A DNA stretch of 64,000 nucleotides from Tubiluchus corallicola (taxonomy: Eukaryota > Animalia > Priapulida), in the NCBI GenBank assembly GCA_030141605.1, contig JAQGDQ010000002.1:2046001-2110000 (forward strand), written 5' to 3'. The position numbers were made by a program, and so were the translations under genes. The notes below the pieces were generated by a model that searched no databases, was not told the origin of the DNA, and worked only from the letters and a program-made list of their open reading frames with translations. How positions within the stretch are numbered: the stretch's first letter is position 1; each line of letters opens with the position of its first letter. This document shows, piece after piece, positions 40,174 through 54,500 of this stretch.

Positions 40174-43100
40174 TACAACAAAACATCAAAAATTGTAAAA
40201 ATATCGTTATCATATTTGGCATATTCAATTAGCAGCACACCTATAAATTTTAGCAAAAGTAACATCATGGCCTATATATGCTTAAAGGCAGACCAGATGA
40301 TTTTTCATATACTACCCCATCTTCAAGTAGGATAACAAGTATACATTTTAACACCAATAATACGCAAAAACGTTTCTCATAATTAAATAATAGAAGAAAA
40401 TCTTAGTTAACGGCGGGTGAGCCCACCTAGTGATGACATTACAAACTAACACAATTTTCAACCTCAATAACATTTTATGAGCATGTTGCAGGAAAAGTGA
40501 AGTACAGTACTACTGTAAGAGATTCAGTTTTTTTGTACTAAAACTCGGCAAGTTTCAAGATAAAAATTAAAATTTCAAATTTAATGTTGTACTCACGCTT
40601 GAGCTGTCGATTGTGTGCAGTTCATCACAAACTAACACAACGGGACTGAGAGGTACAGCAACACTTTCTGAAATGCAGGCTAGTGCCCACCTAACTAACA
40701 ACTGGCGATATGCACGTAACAGCGAAGAACTAGTGGTGCAAACGCGAAATTGCATCTGTGTGGTAATAATTCTTTTATGTAAAGCATTGTTCAAAAACAT
40801 AGAATGTTTTCCTTTAATATTTTAAGGAACAGGTTGTTTTTACTACAGTTTAATGTTGGGTCCGGTTTTGCTTTAATATTATATTATGTAGGTGAAAACA
40901 CGCACATAATTCAAAATTATTATACTTGATCAGTGATCATCAGCACTGCACGCAAAAAAATATAAATAGAACTGAGTTAGGATGGCAGATTCGACAACGA
41001 ATGTTGTTTTTCGCCATCCATTTCCCATCTGATTGGCTATATACATCATACCGTAATAAATTTTAACTAAGGACTAAGCCTAAGGTTATATATTGTGATA
41101 AACAATAAATGATTTGATTTGACATAAACATTATAATTTAATCACAGTCAATGGTAAGATGTGGAAGATTGTAGCACACTTAATAACAAATTGAACAATA
41201 GTCAGCTCAGAGGCCTACACAGTACACATCAATCCAATGTTTAATACAATGATATATTTAATTTTACTTAAGTCTCAAAAATCATTTTATTAAGACTATA
41301 AGAGCTTAGTATTTACCATAATATTACTCAAGTTGCGAAACACTGCGTGGAAATTAATAAAGAGCTAAATTTCTATCAGCTTTCAGAATAATAACACAAC
41401 AAAACATCAAAAATTGTAAAATTATCGTTAACATTTAGCAATTCCATTGGAGGCGCACCTATCGGTAAAAACAAAAGGTAACATCATGACCACAATTTTT
41501 ACGATGTCATGGTAAATAAAATTGACCTCAAAGTGCTCAATCTCACAGTGCATCACTTCAAAGGACTGTTGTCGCAGTAACTTCAGTCAAAAAATAGCAT
41601 TTTACATAGTTAAATAAATAAACTCTAGAAGGCAACGTTAAAGGTAATTAAATCATATTAGCCAATCGTTATTAGAACTAGTAATTAGCAATGTAAACCT
41701 TACTACTCATATACTTCATTTAATTTAGTTGATCGATTATCAACTGTCACACTTTCCAAATCTCCCAAGTGACTCTATCAAAAAGTATATATAGTTGTTC
41801 ACGAAAATTCAAATAGTTCAGACATTCGAAACAGAGTTCGAATTCGATTCAAATTCAAAAATCACAAATTTGATTCAATTCGATTCGAATTCGCCTTCTG
41901 GTAGAGAATGGTTCGCCCTACTTTAAACCCTGGCTTACTGATTCAATGTATACTGCGTAGCAATATAGGTACTATACATAAGTTCTTGCTTAAAAAATTG
42001 TGTTGTATATTTGATGGATTCTTCGCTGTTAGTTTCAAATGGAGTTATATTGTCAAAAAAGTAGCTGGTTTACTGTACACTGTTGGCTACTCTACTGACC
42101 TCTATTTATAGACATTGTAGTCTTCATTGACTCTGATTGTTTGTAGAACAAGTGGAAATAAATTTGTTGCTGAAATGTGTGCCGTACTAACTTCCATTTG
42201 ACATATTTATGAGATGGGTTTTTTGGTAAAAATCCTACTAGTAAACACATCTTGCTTTAAGTTAATTAATTTCGAATGCAGCTTTTAGCACTGGACTTCT
42301 TAACTAAAGCGTAATCAAATTCCAGTAGCTCATTTATGCTAAATACAGTGCAGAACGTTCAAAATTCATCTATGTCTGTGAACGCTTGATGTTGAGTGAG
42401 TGACACACTATGGATAGCTTTTCGCAAACGTTATAGTATGAGTTGGATATTTCTAGCACAGAGTCGTCATTAAGTGATAATAACCAATTCTATAATACAC
42501 TTACGAATATTTAAATTTACTATTAAATTGCATAGCTAATGTAGAAACCATAGTAAATCATAGATTATAAATTATTCAGCAAATCTAGCCTCGTAAAAAA
42601 GTAGTGACTCCCCTCTCGCAATGCTTTCGGTCTCACATCATGATACTGTATGTGCTTGTAGAAACAATCAGTACAGTAGTCCAGTCATCGTTGAATGGAG
42701 CTAAATGCTATTGAGACACAGATTTAAATATGTGGAGTACTGAGATGAAAAATCATTACTGTGGTGTTCAATCGAGCAGGATAACGGTGCAGGTATAAAA
42801 GTAACATCATAAGGGGAAGGTATATATGAAGTGTGAGTGCAATAGTTTTGCATTTAGGGTATTGTGGTAAGACTTGAGGCAGTTTGAAACTAAACTTGTG
42901 TACAATTTTTGTTACAATAATTATTATCTTTTCGTGTTTTGAATGCTATTTACTATTTTCAGTTTAGATCCGTCATTGACAGAGTTGAGTATAAAAGCAG
43001 TCAGTAATTTCGCTTTGCCAAAGTGTCCATATTTTGAAAGCAAGTATTTTGCGTTAATCGTGATTTTTTTAACCTCTGAAGCTTACTTAATTACATCGTT

Positions 43101-43466
43101 CTCGAAAAAGACGCAAAGAATGGCGATCTTCACGGCAATGTATATATTCGAAATTCGTGAGTAAAAGGTAAATGAACTACAAGTTCTTTTTGAATCATAA
43201 TAAATACGACAGGAAACTTGTATGTTGGGGTTATGTAGACCTTTAATTTTAAGACCATGAGCTTTGGCCATAGTTCAATGTGTCATTTATGTGCCCTTTG
43301 AATCAAGTTTGGTAACTTTGATTTTCCGTACCTTGGCAGTCATAACCATATCGCAAGTTGTTAGGCATTCAGTATTTTAAATTTCGTTTGGTACTTATCC
43401 CCAGAATTTGACTGTGATTTTGTCAATTACCTGAGCCCTGCGCTACATATTAAGATCGAAAAAGCC

Positions 43467-46024
43467 ATGTCTGGAATTATTACACGTTGTTTGTTAAGTC
43501 GACAAGGACCACGTCTTGTCCAACTACGGGGTCTGAAGCATGTTATAGGTGCTCCACCTAAGAACAAAGTTTCATATGCCGTAAGTTACTACTGCAAACG
43601 ACATTTTAAATTGTGTTTCGTTTCAGTCACGTGTCTGAAGCAACGAGTTTATTTATTTTATGTTTAGATTTTTGTGAAGTTGCGGTTTAGGTGATTTTTG
43701 GCAACTCGACTGAAATCAGCAAGGGCCTCTTGATGTCTATGAAACTTCATAGCGACCGAGAAATGGTGATTAGCGGCTATGTTTCATCATCTGCCATTCT
43801 GATGGTATACCAAAGCGATAGCAATGTAATCGCGCTTGTTATCTGCATGCAGCTACATTGTTTTTTATCGCACACACGTCCAGGAATTTATAATTTTTTT
43901 GTACATTCCAACTTACCTGATCTTGTGTGACCTGATGTCTCTGCTGCTAGTCTATTTCATTACTGTTTATGTTGACTGCTTTATTGTATCATCTTTGATT
44001 AACTAAGTAACAGTCAACCTAAACCTGTTAGTACTTACCATGTTTTTCTTGTTATAACTAAGTAATGCTCAAGTTCAAACATTGTCACACCAGTATTAAT
44101 TGATCATACCTTTACATAATTTATAAACTTAATGCACCTTAATCATAAATGGCACATCTCTTTAAATTTAAAAAAATATAACCAGGTTTAAAAAATATTA
44201 TGATAGATAAAATGGTTTTCTCTAATATCATTAATATAATTATTATGAAACACACTTTCAGATTTCTTTATCAGTGATACTTACCTTCTTAAATTTATAA
44301 GTCATTTTTGGTCGATAATCATTAATAATGTTACTGTTATTTATTATTCATTTAGTTTAAAACCGGCCTTACAGGTACATGCAACTTCTGCTTCTTTTTA
44401 GTTTCACTATTGCATAACCAGATTAATTTGTTAGCTATTTTGCTTTTAATTAGTTGGTTTTTCCCATAGAATTCTGCTTTACTATTTTATTTTCACTTTG
44501 TTTGCATTAATTTGCATTATTTTATTTTCCATAATTGTTTGCCATCAATTTAATTTAGATTTATTTTCCTTTTCTATTCATTATTTTGCTATAATAATTT
44601 GCTTGCCACGCTGAAATTAGTAGACTCACTATTTAGGGATGGCAAACTAGATGACCATTTGGTCTTTTGCCATCCCATCCTTCTTTAAACTTTGTAACTC
44701 ATTGTTATATACTATTCTGGGAATGTTATTCTGAAGGCAAATAAATTATTATTATTATTATATTTATTGTTGTTATTATTACTATGTATTAAACATTGTA
44801 TAAATTTGTTAACCTTGTTATCTTGTTATACTTACTAGTGCTAGACAAACTTTATCAAAAACCTAGGTTAGTGTCATAAAAGACCTGTAAGTTTTCTTAT
44901 TTACATTGTGGTTGTACGTACAATGAAAACATTCGTGTCTGCTAACTTCTATGTATTGTATATGTGCTACATGTATATATTTTTTATGTACATGTCACAT
45001 TACAGGCATTTGGTTGTTCCTGGGCTGCTACCTAGTGCCTGGGCTAGCACCTCATTATCTAGGATAATTTTTTTTTAAATGAGTACAAAACCAGCAGTGG
45101 TCTCTTCTTTAACCATTTCCTATGTACATTTTCTGTCAAAAACATACAAAATAAAGAAATATTTAATAATAAATAATATTAATGCTACTGCACAAATACG
45201 TTTGTCTACAATAACAGGATGAGGCTGATATGTTATGAAATAGCACTGGTAATAAGAGAAAATGTCAGTGTTAGGGGACCAGTTTGTATCACTGGGGGAC
45301 AAGACCCATGCCTTGACATAAAATCACTATTGGCAAAAATTTTTGTTTAATCTTGGTCTTCGGCCTTATGAAAGCCAAAGGCAGTGAATTTCCAGGTATT
45401 GCCCAGACCTTCCTTGTGCCAGTTTTGGTGATCATAGCTTCATCCATTTTGATTTGTATTGTGAAGCCAGACACACAAACACAATTAAGTGCCTTACTCA
45501 TGCTGATGTGGGTAATAAAGTGTTTTTATGAAATGAGATGAAGGCATTTTGTATGTATACATAGCTAGGATTTGTTTGTTTCATTTGAACTTTTATTATT
45601 AATTTTATTTATAGGAAAAGATGATTCTTGGAAGTCTAATGATGGTAGCGATTTGGGCTTTGCCTACATATATTATGGTTAATATAAAGGTACTTATGCA
45701 TATCTTAACTTATATACGAAATTTAGAAATCTTTATCTAATGCCGAATTTTTATAAATTGTTTGTCAACTGGCAAGAGCATACTGAGTTGTTAAAACAAA
45801 ATAATGTTTAGTTGGTTATATCGTGATGTTCTGTGAACGTGAATATTATACGTTTTCTTGAAATAAATAATTTGATACAACTGCAAATCCTAAGCATGCG
45901 AAACAATGTCCTTATTTCTTTTTATTATTCTGTAAACACAAAGGTTACATTTGAGATCCTACAATTAAATTGAATGAAATGTGTTTTTTATTTTCAGAAC
46001 TACAAAGAAAGACCGGAAGCTTAA
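43467..46024 (+). CDS. COX8: Cytochrome c oxidase subunit VIII precursor, 71 aa
   Basis: Exons 43467-43580, 45615-45689, 45998-46024 (all phase 0) give MSGIITRCLLSRQGPRLVQLRGLKHVIGAPPKNKVSYAEKMILGSLMMVAIWALPTYIMVNIKNYKERPEA. Arg-rich mitochondrial presequence, PP..++S.AEK motif, one TM helix and P.Y+...+K.YK tail, like invertebrate COX8. Confidence 0.88.
44600..44780 (+). mobile_element. 3' end of a CR1/L2-type LINE or SINE (stem-loop + AATAAA + microsatellite tail)
   Basis: gatggcaaa-ctagatgacc-attt-ggtc-ttttgccatc hairpin, then aaataaa(TTA)n. Related ends at about 32925-33057 (tail ttgaa) and 40980-41122 (tail tttga). Confidence 0.55.
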
Positions 46025-46377
46025 TACAACTACCATATATATATAGCCTGTGCAAAGCACAATTTGTATAGTGATTATAGCAACACTGAAATTGTAGAAG
46101 ATGGCGACAGTTCATAACTACATCATCTTGGTTTACATTGTTATGTCCAGCACTTTTAATTCTAACCGTAATTTTATGTTTCAGCTATGTTATAAATTAG
46201 AACTAGCTAGAAAAATGCATGGTATGCGTGAACGATAGCATAATTATAATTATCCAGCAACCAAAAAGCGCAAAGCTATGAATGTGTGGCATTTTGCTAG
46301 GCGAGGCTTAATGAATTGTCGTAATTAATAGTAATGTAAACCGTCTGTTACAATTTCTTTCAATGAAAATGCTTGGC

Positions 46378-46383
46378 AATAAA
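46378..46383 (+). promoter_or_regulatory. Candidate polyadenylation signal for COX8
   Basis: AATAAA about 350 nt after the stop codon, followed by GT/T-rich sequence. Confidence 0.5.
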
Positions 46384-48256
46384 AAGTGAGTTTATAAACT
46401 ATTTCTAAGAGTTTTTATTTATCAGCCAGCTTTGAGATAAAATTAGAACTTTATAATGATATATCTGATATGCTGAAATAACGCGTATCGTGCCTTGAGG
46501 CTAACCATCATTGTCTTGTTATTCTGCCAGCATCCAAATGTAAATATTAATTTTATTTTAAACTTGGGTACTCAACCAATTTCAGCCAGTATTCTGTCAG
46601 CATGGACAGTTGGCAGCTTGTCAGGCTTTTCAGATCTGAACTGTAAGATATTGTACTAGTTTTTTGCAGTTTGGCTCTTGCATAAGTAGTTCTAACTCTC
46701 AACTGAATGCTTTCGTGAATTTGCAATATGTAGTTTTTGAAAACAGATAAATCATAAAAAGTTATATTTACCAACAGTTTGTGTAAATACCTAAAATTTC
46801 TTCATTTCAGTTGTTGCATAACAATATATTAAGAAATTACAGCTGTATTACTTGGTAATACATATTCACCTGTTTTTTTAGAGTAGCGAAAATACTTTTT
46901 CTTATTAGTGAACTGCAGTTCATTTTTTTGGATTATACAGCTAGACCAAATGAAACACCCTCTAATTCTTACTAAACATTAAAGGACAAACTCAGTGTTT
47001 AAATCATATTTCAAAAAAAAAATGTAATGCTCTTCCTTGTTTGAAAAGGTTTGAGCTAGTAGAACAAGTGAAATGCTGCTTTTGTGATATAACAAAAGCC
47101 TGCTGTGATAAGAGTGTATGCTCTCTGGTGGAGTGTTCATCAAGATAGTGATTTGAATACTGTATTTAAAGTTTTCCTCCATTTTATTTGCAAAATGTTT
47201 TAACAAAACTTGTTCTTCATACATGGATTGCAGTCGGTACTAAGCCACATCTTCCTGGAATTTATCTCACAGCACTTGCTGGCTGACACCCTTGCTACTG
47301 AACAGAATAATTATAAACATATGGGAAAAGCAGGAGAAATGAGTGAACATTTCGTGACGATTTGTAACATATTCAAAGAAATGCACCAGTGTTATGGGTA
47401 CCTGACTACAAAAAATTATGGTATTTCAATCAAGGATGTGAGTGTGATAACAAGGCTTTATGTAAAAGATTAAACATTGTTACTTGACGACCAGAATGCT
47501 GGTGTTCAATAAAGTTTACCTCCACACAAAGTTGATGTAAAAATACAAATTTTTATAGATATTTTTACTTACATTTGCAATAAAATTATTTTTCAGTGTC
47601 CTGGAATCAAAGTTCAGTATGAAAATTAAAACTTTATTATGCAATCTAAATCCATCAAGGAAAGTCTTGCTTAATGGTAAAGCAAATTTATCTGGAAATA
47701 CATGTCAAACGACTTACGTGTGACTTATAAGCATTAACATTCAATTTTGTATGACATTTTAAAGCTGCTCAAGCTAAACTTTGTGAATGTAATAATTAAG
47801 AGCCAACTACTATCTACTTTAATAATACTATTTTGTTCTGTAGAGTAGTCTGGCAAGTTTGCTATATACACTTATACAATGCTGAAGTTGGTATATTGTA
47901 TTCCCACATTATACATCAACATCAAATTTTAAAAAATAGAAAGCGAACTACCCTGGAAAATACAGCATGATTTTTATTAGTTTTTAAATTTATGGTTCAT
48001 CCATCCGCAACATTTGTTTGTCCCTTGTCTGTAAAAATAATCTAATCATGTACATATGCACTTTTGCAATATATTTGGTATGTTTATGTATATTCTGCAT
48101 ATGCATTTACCGTGGTGTATGTGAGTAAACTCTGGGGATGTGTAAATTATGTGGAACAGCCAGGAAGTTAGTGTCTGATTGGCGATCGTGGGGTGGACTC
48201 CCACTGGTTGATTGCATTCTCTCTTTTTTTACAGACTAGTAAAACGCTTGCATCTA

Positions 48257-48444
48257 CAGTAAAGCTTCTTTATATCGCCTTCTTTGGGCTTGCAAAAAAC
48301 TTGCCGCTATACTGAGTTTGGCATTGTAATGAGGTGGATTAATACATACATATCTATGCAAATATAAACGCATTGTTTTGCTAAAAATTTGGGCATTAAG
48401 CGAGTTTGGCATTATAAAGGGGATGTTATAACGAGGTTTGACTG
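48257..48444. mobile_element. Tigger/pogo-like mini-MITE
   Basis: ta|CAGTAAAGCTTCTTTATATCGCC ... GATGTTATAACGAGGTTTGACTG|ta; imperfect TIRs with TA TSD. Confidence 0.6.
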
Positions 48445-51400
48445 TATTAGTCAGTGAGGATTTTGAATTTCAAGCTTTAACAATGTGTGATTTTTTGAGA
48501 TACGAACATTCACTGATGTTGCCGTTTAAATTTCAAAAATTTAATTTGATTGCACTGAATTGTATAATTAATCTATACATACATACATAAATTGTGATGA
48601 GCCGATTACAGAATACATGCACAACAAATTATGTCATATAGTACTTAGTTTAAGGCACATTCATTGTTCAATTAGATTTTTATAATACACTGTACCTATT
48701 CTATAAATGAACTAAGCTAAAAAATTAATGTAATTGTATTAAAAATTTAAATACAACTCTGTAAAAGTACATCTCTAGTAACACTTCTTAAATAATTACT
48801 TATGCTAGAGTAATGGTAACTAAAACGGTTTATCTAGCTAAAGGAAGGGGATTGATGACATGCAACTTGACAAAAATTTGAGCAACCCCTTGGGGTTAAA
48901 TGGATGCGTGGCTGTGAGGATCTGTTATACTTCCTCTGCTGTTTCTCTCCTTATGGGACGATATGCATAAACCAAAAAGTGGCTTGGATACCTCTGTGGG
49001 ATAGCATTTCCAGTTAGATCACTGATTCTGAAACAGTCTGTGACCACTGACCAGTGACCAATAACTATAACAAGTCAGCGCTGCTGTTGAGTATTGATTA
49101 CAAACTTACTGTTTATTAAACTTTATCTAATTTAACTGCTGTATATTGTTTTACTTCAAGACAGTCCCTTGTTGGTTGCCACAAATAGTCACGTGGGGCT
49201 AGAGTAACCAAAAATGCTGATGTTTATTGTTGCACATACATCACTATGAAGATTTGTAAACAAAAACATCAGAAATAGTAAGAAATTTGCTTGATCAAAA
49301 TTAAACTAATTTCTAAGCTGGTCTGTTGCACAAGACGTGATTTGCAAGACATCAAGAATTTGGTTGGCGACAGATTTTTATCTGTTAAACTAACAATTGT
49401 AGTGCTCAGTAATGACTGACTGTCATTAAAATGTACTAGTTAAATTTGCACTATTGGATCTGCATTTTTGAAACTTTGCTTGTACCAATATTTGTATGTA
49501 TGCAAGGCAAAAACTGAGCTGCAAATAAAAGCACAAGAAAACACTCATAAATAAAGCTTAAAAATCGTCTTGAAATTTTATGCTACTGACATGCTGCCTT
49601 ATTGCATACAGGGATTGTGTTAAGTGGCGTATATGTAGCATCCAGAATGCGTATACGTTATGGGGGTGTGGAATACATAAAATTGGTTTATATTGTTTTC
49701 AATGCACCCGTTTTTCTGACCTGCGTTATGCATTATTCTTTTTCTGTAGCTATTTCCTCTTGATTTTTTATTCTTTATTTGGGTAACGCATAATGCAACC
49801 CGGATGATATATAAACGCCACTTTAGCAGTAAATATAAACTCATGCAATGACGGTTAAAGCCATTTTAATGCTAAGTCATTAAAAATAAATTTAGATAAC
49901 ACTGCGTAAAGTTTGAAAAATAATCAAACCAGTAGTACATTTTTCTCTAACAAAGCAAATGTTTAAATTGCATTATATTGTCCGGTGAATCAGTGATGCA
50001 CAGTAGGATGGCGATACACTGCCGTTTCATCATTGTTACGAACATGTTAGCTTAAGAATTTTCTTTTCCAATTACATAAATCTTTCAAACAGGTCAGCAT
50101 TATGCTAAGTATATAACATTGTATGGAAAGTTCTTTTACAGTATTTGGTGTGTATACACAAGCGTGTATAATCTTCAACAAAAGTAATTATAACTTGGTC
50201 TTTATATTCACAACTGCCTTTAGTAAAATAGGATGGAAGTACTTTAATTATGTTTTTGTTTAAATATTGTAAACATAAAGATAGCAATAAAATCTCTAAA
50301 GGAAAGTATAATGCTACAACCATCTAGCTATACTTTAAAGTGTAAAATTTAATTAAAAAATAAATCTATAAATCACAAAGTGCAACTATGTGGTAATACT
50401 AATACTACCTAAATTACTTAATTTATTACTTAATACCTACTCTCTACTATATTTTTTAGCTATAGCTAATAGTATAATTAGATTTTTATAATTTTTCTTT
50501 AGACGTAAAGAATAGGAATATAACACAATAATTACAACATAAAAAGCAATTACATTGTAATATAATAACATTTACTGAGGTAAGTCAAAAAAGGACATTA
50601 GCTGTAGTTCAAGTAAAATGCATAGGTGATCGAATTAGAAATATATAAATTTTAGAATTGGTTTGCTACATAATATACGACTAGAGGATTCCAAAAAAAT
50701 TGGTCTTTGCTTGGATTGCCAGAGATCAAATATAGTCAAAGAAATAGCTAGTATAAAAATTTAGACAACAAAAATGGAAAACAAACTGTTTGCTATATAT
50801 GATAAATAGTCTAAACAACCAATGGACATTTCTTAATGGCATGATGACTAAATATTTGTGCTATGGCATCTGCTACTAAACATAAGTCATGCAACAATTG
50901 CCCCTGTCAGGTGCTAATTGGATTGCTTTGTTTTCAGATCCTGTGTTCTATGACTTTATGTTCCATTTCACATGCTACTCCATATTTAGATGGTACTGCA
51001 TATGTATGCGGCATCTTAGAACAGTTATCTATTGCATAACAATACGATTCATGCAAACTTGTTTAAAAATAGTAAACATTACATTATGCGTTACTAGACA
51101 AGCAACTTTACAAAGAATGAATAATACCTATACAATTTCTACTGTTTTCAGTAGGACTGCGACAAAATTTCACTGTTAATTTCATTTTCTGTGCATGCAA
51201 AGTGATTTTTACTGTGTCTAACTTACTACTTGCAGAAATAAACTGATCAATTATGTGACAATGGTTTTATAAAAAATCTTATTAAAACAAATTAGCTTGA
51301 CTACCATTACAGTGAAAACTACACTGTTGTACTACTGTTACAAGAACATTATGCGATCACATGCTGTGGCACCATAAATTTGAATTCTTGCAACCGCCAA

Positions 51401-51595
51401 TCTCATCATGTAGAAATAAATTGCATTAATTAAAATATTTAAGACAGCGAATTTTTGAAGGCAACAATTTCATTAACAAAAATAGCTGTAATAATTACTA
51501 TATAGATTATGGTTTGGCTCTATTAAATTTTATATGACGCTATTTTGGCTCCTTTTTGTTGTTGGCTCGGATTTCCATATTTTTAAGAAATTTAC

Positions 51596-54500
51596 TCAAA
51601 CACTGACAGGCAACAGCAGCGATCCAAAACCTTTCCTGCGCGTCAGTTCTGCAGATTTTCCCATCCGCACGTGCATTTGCACCTCAATTCCGTCACCGAG
51701 AGAAACCCAACGGGTAACCTCCAAGTCTCCTGTTCGAAAACGAAAAACAATTACGAATGGGAAAAATATGTACGTAGAAAAATGTACAGTAAATGTTGCC
51801 TTCTGATTCTTAAAATAAAAGAAAACACACTTCATGAATAAAGCTAAAAAATTCGTCTTGAAATTTTATATGGCTTGCATGCTGACTGGCTAATTGCATG
51901 TAGGGCTTGCATCAGCAATAATCCTGTATAAAATATGTCAATTTAAACTCCCGCCATGACAATTAGTGTAGCCAATTTAACGGTAAGTCCATTGAAACAA
52001 GTTTAGATAACATTGGTAGAATTGGAAAAAATGATCAGCGCATTCATAAGCACACGTTTAAGTAAGCAAAAGTTTAAATTACTATATATTGCCAATAAGA
52101 TTAATAATGTGTTTTTGGCAAATCAGTGGTGCATATTGGGAGCCAGTGCAAAGGGATATACTTTAAAATTTTCTTTTCTCTCCCTTTAGTACTTTCACAT
52201 GCAGTAAACTGATATAACATGGATCTGTAATGAAAACCAACTGGCTAACATCATGCAAAATACAAGCCTGTCTAACACAGAAATGTAAATAAAGATAGGA
52301 TAGTGGATGCTGAAAATCCTTTACCTGTTCCAGCAAATAATTCTGATAATGATATCTTTCCACTCGCTACTTTTGTCGTATGTGATGTTTTCAAACCAAT
52401 GTGTATCAGCGTGTCAGATGGAACTCCTTTGTCATAACGAGAAACCTAATGATTAAGGAAGGTGCTGGACATTAAAATATTTTAAAATGCTAGACTGTAA
52501 CAAAACATTAGCAACTCACAGAGAAATGTAATTCTCTGAACATTTTTAACATCACTAAATGAATACAAATTGATTTTAAAGTATTTACCTGAAACTCTAG
52601 GTTAAATACTGGCTCGCAGGAGTAATTCACCGGGTTTGACTTCGCAATGACCTTCATAGGGGTTACCCTCCAACTTAGATCAGGTGGAGTAACACTGCAA
52701 AAAAAAGTGATGCATGAAGAAAAAACATACTTATGGGAAGGAGTTCAAAAACCTAATAAGGTCTGAAAACAAACCGTTTCATATAATTTCAGATGTCAAG
52801 TTAATAAGTTAATTTAAAAATAATTTAAAGCAAAGTTAAAGCTTGCTTGAATTTTGAAATTTTGACGTGACTTATTAAAGTTTCAGTTAAAACATTTTCA
52901 CAGCATAACACATACAGAATACAATATCATAAGCATGACATAACGATGCTCGCATCAAGCATTTAAGTGCTAATGCTACGCACCACTCGGCTCGTAGTTT
53001 GCAGTACAGGGTAGTATCAAATAAGTGTGGTGAATCGGGCAATCCCGCAGCACTAATTAGGGTACCTTCTACTCCATAGCACATTTCCATCACTAATGAC
53101 ATCTGACCTAAATATAAAAAGAGAGGGTTGTTAAGGAAAAAATTTTCAATAAAAATGCGACTGTTTCAAGTATATTAAATTACAGACGATATTACTTTGC
53201 AATCAGTCTTGCTGCAAGAAATTGAATCACGCATCATGAGTCTCGACTGGTATTATTCTAAACAAACTTACTCTGAGATTTAGCCAGAGGTGTCACAGGC
53301 GTTGGAGACACTTGTAGCGACGAATATGACCTTGACTTCTCCTTTCTTCTGAAACAGTAACACGCTGGAATTAAAGAAATTTAGGCATTTTTGCAATTGT
53401 GAAACTTTACTATGCATATTTTTCATAATTTTAATTTTTTACACAATACTACAACACCAGTAACACAAACACGACGAGCAACAGAAGTTTTAAGGAAAAG
53501 TTTCTACATTGGTGTTTAGAATCAGCAAAAACTACAAGTGCATTTGCTCATTTACATACCGAGACTGCGGAGCAAGATCATCTGTACCGTTTTCTACAGT
53601 TTTGCTTGGTGTTCGTCTACGTAGGAGGTGTGAGAATTTCTGAGAGGCATCTGACATCTGAAAAAAAAGTTATTAATTTGTCAATTAATATTTTCATTAA
53701 CCAAAATTTTACTGAACTAAAAACAGTTAATAGCTGTAATACAAATTATGCAGCTTGCAAACTCTAATATATAGCTTATTCTTTGTGTTTGCCTGGCAAT
53801 TTACAAACTCTCCTGACCTAGTTACTTTAACAGGTTCAGACCCAGCGTTCTTATTTACTAAAATCTTTTACTGTTTACTCTGACCTCTCACACTTTTATC
53901 ATTTACTATTACACTACTTTTAGGTATTACCCTCTGTTCACCTAGGAAAGTCTCTAACATTTCTTTGATATAGCTTCTGTTTCTATGCAGTTTTCCTTTT
54001 CCCCGCACATGCACTTCACATGATCTTAGCATGACTTTCTAAGTATTCTGTGCAGGTATCTGCAGGTCTTGTCGATTCTGGGGAATAATCCAAACTGGCT
54101 GCCCAATCGACAGACCTCGTAAAGGTCTGGCATAATGATTTTTATAGTGCTTATTGTATTGCTTTTGCTGATACAACCTGTCTTGCACTTCTGATGATGG
54201 TATGATATGTGAATGATACATCTACTTGGCTGATTGTAGTAGAGATCAAGTTCTAGACATAAGTCATTGTGCATGACCGACATTAATGTTTTTAGGAGTA
54301 TTTCTTCGAGCTAACAGCGAGATCCACAATGGCTTTTTCTCTCTATCCGCTCACTTTGCCAATCATTTTGCAACTCCCACTGCAAGTCCTGCTCTACCGT
54401 TGGATTGATAAGTGTGGTAAAGATGTAATAAGCTTATTTCCTGCTAGCTTGACACAATATGCAACTTCTGCAAAGTATAATTGCTATCGTTGGTCATCAT

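Noticed and set aside
43690-43940. Possible intronic box C/D snoRNA in COX8 intron 1
   Set aside because: Only partial TGAT/CTGA words; no full RUGAUGA box C with a terminal stem or recognisable rRNA guide.
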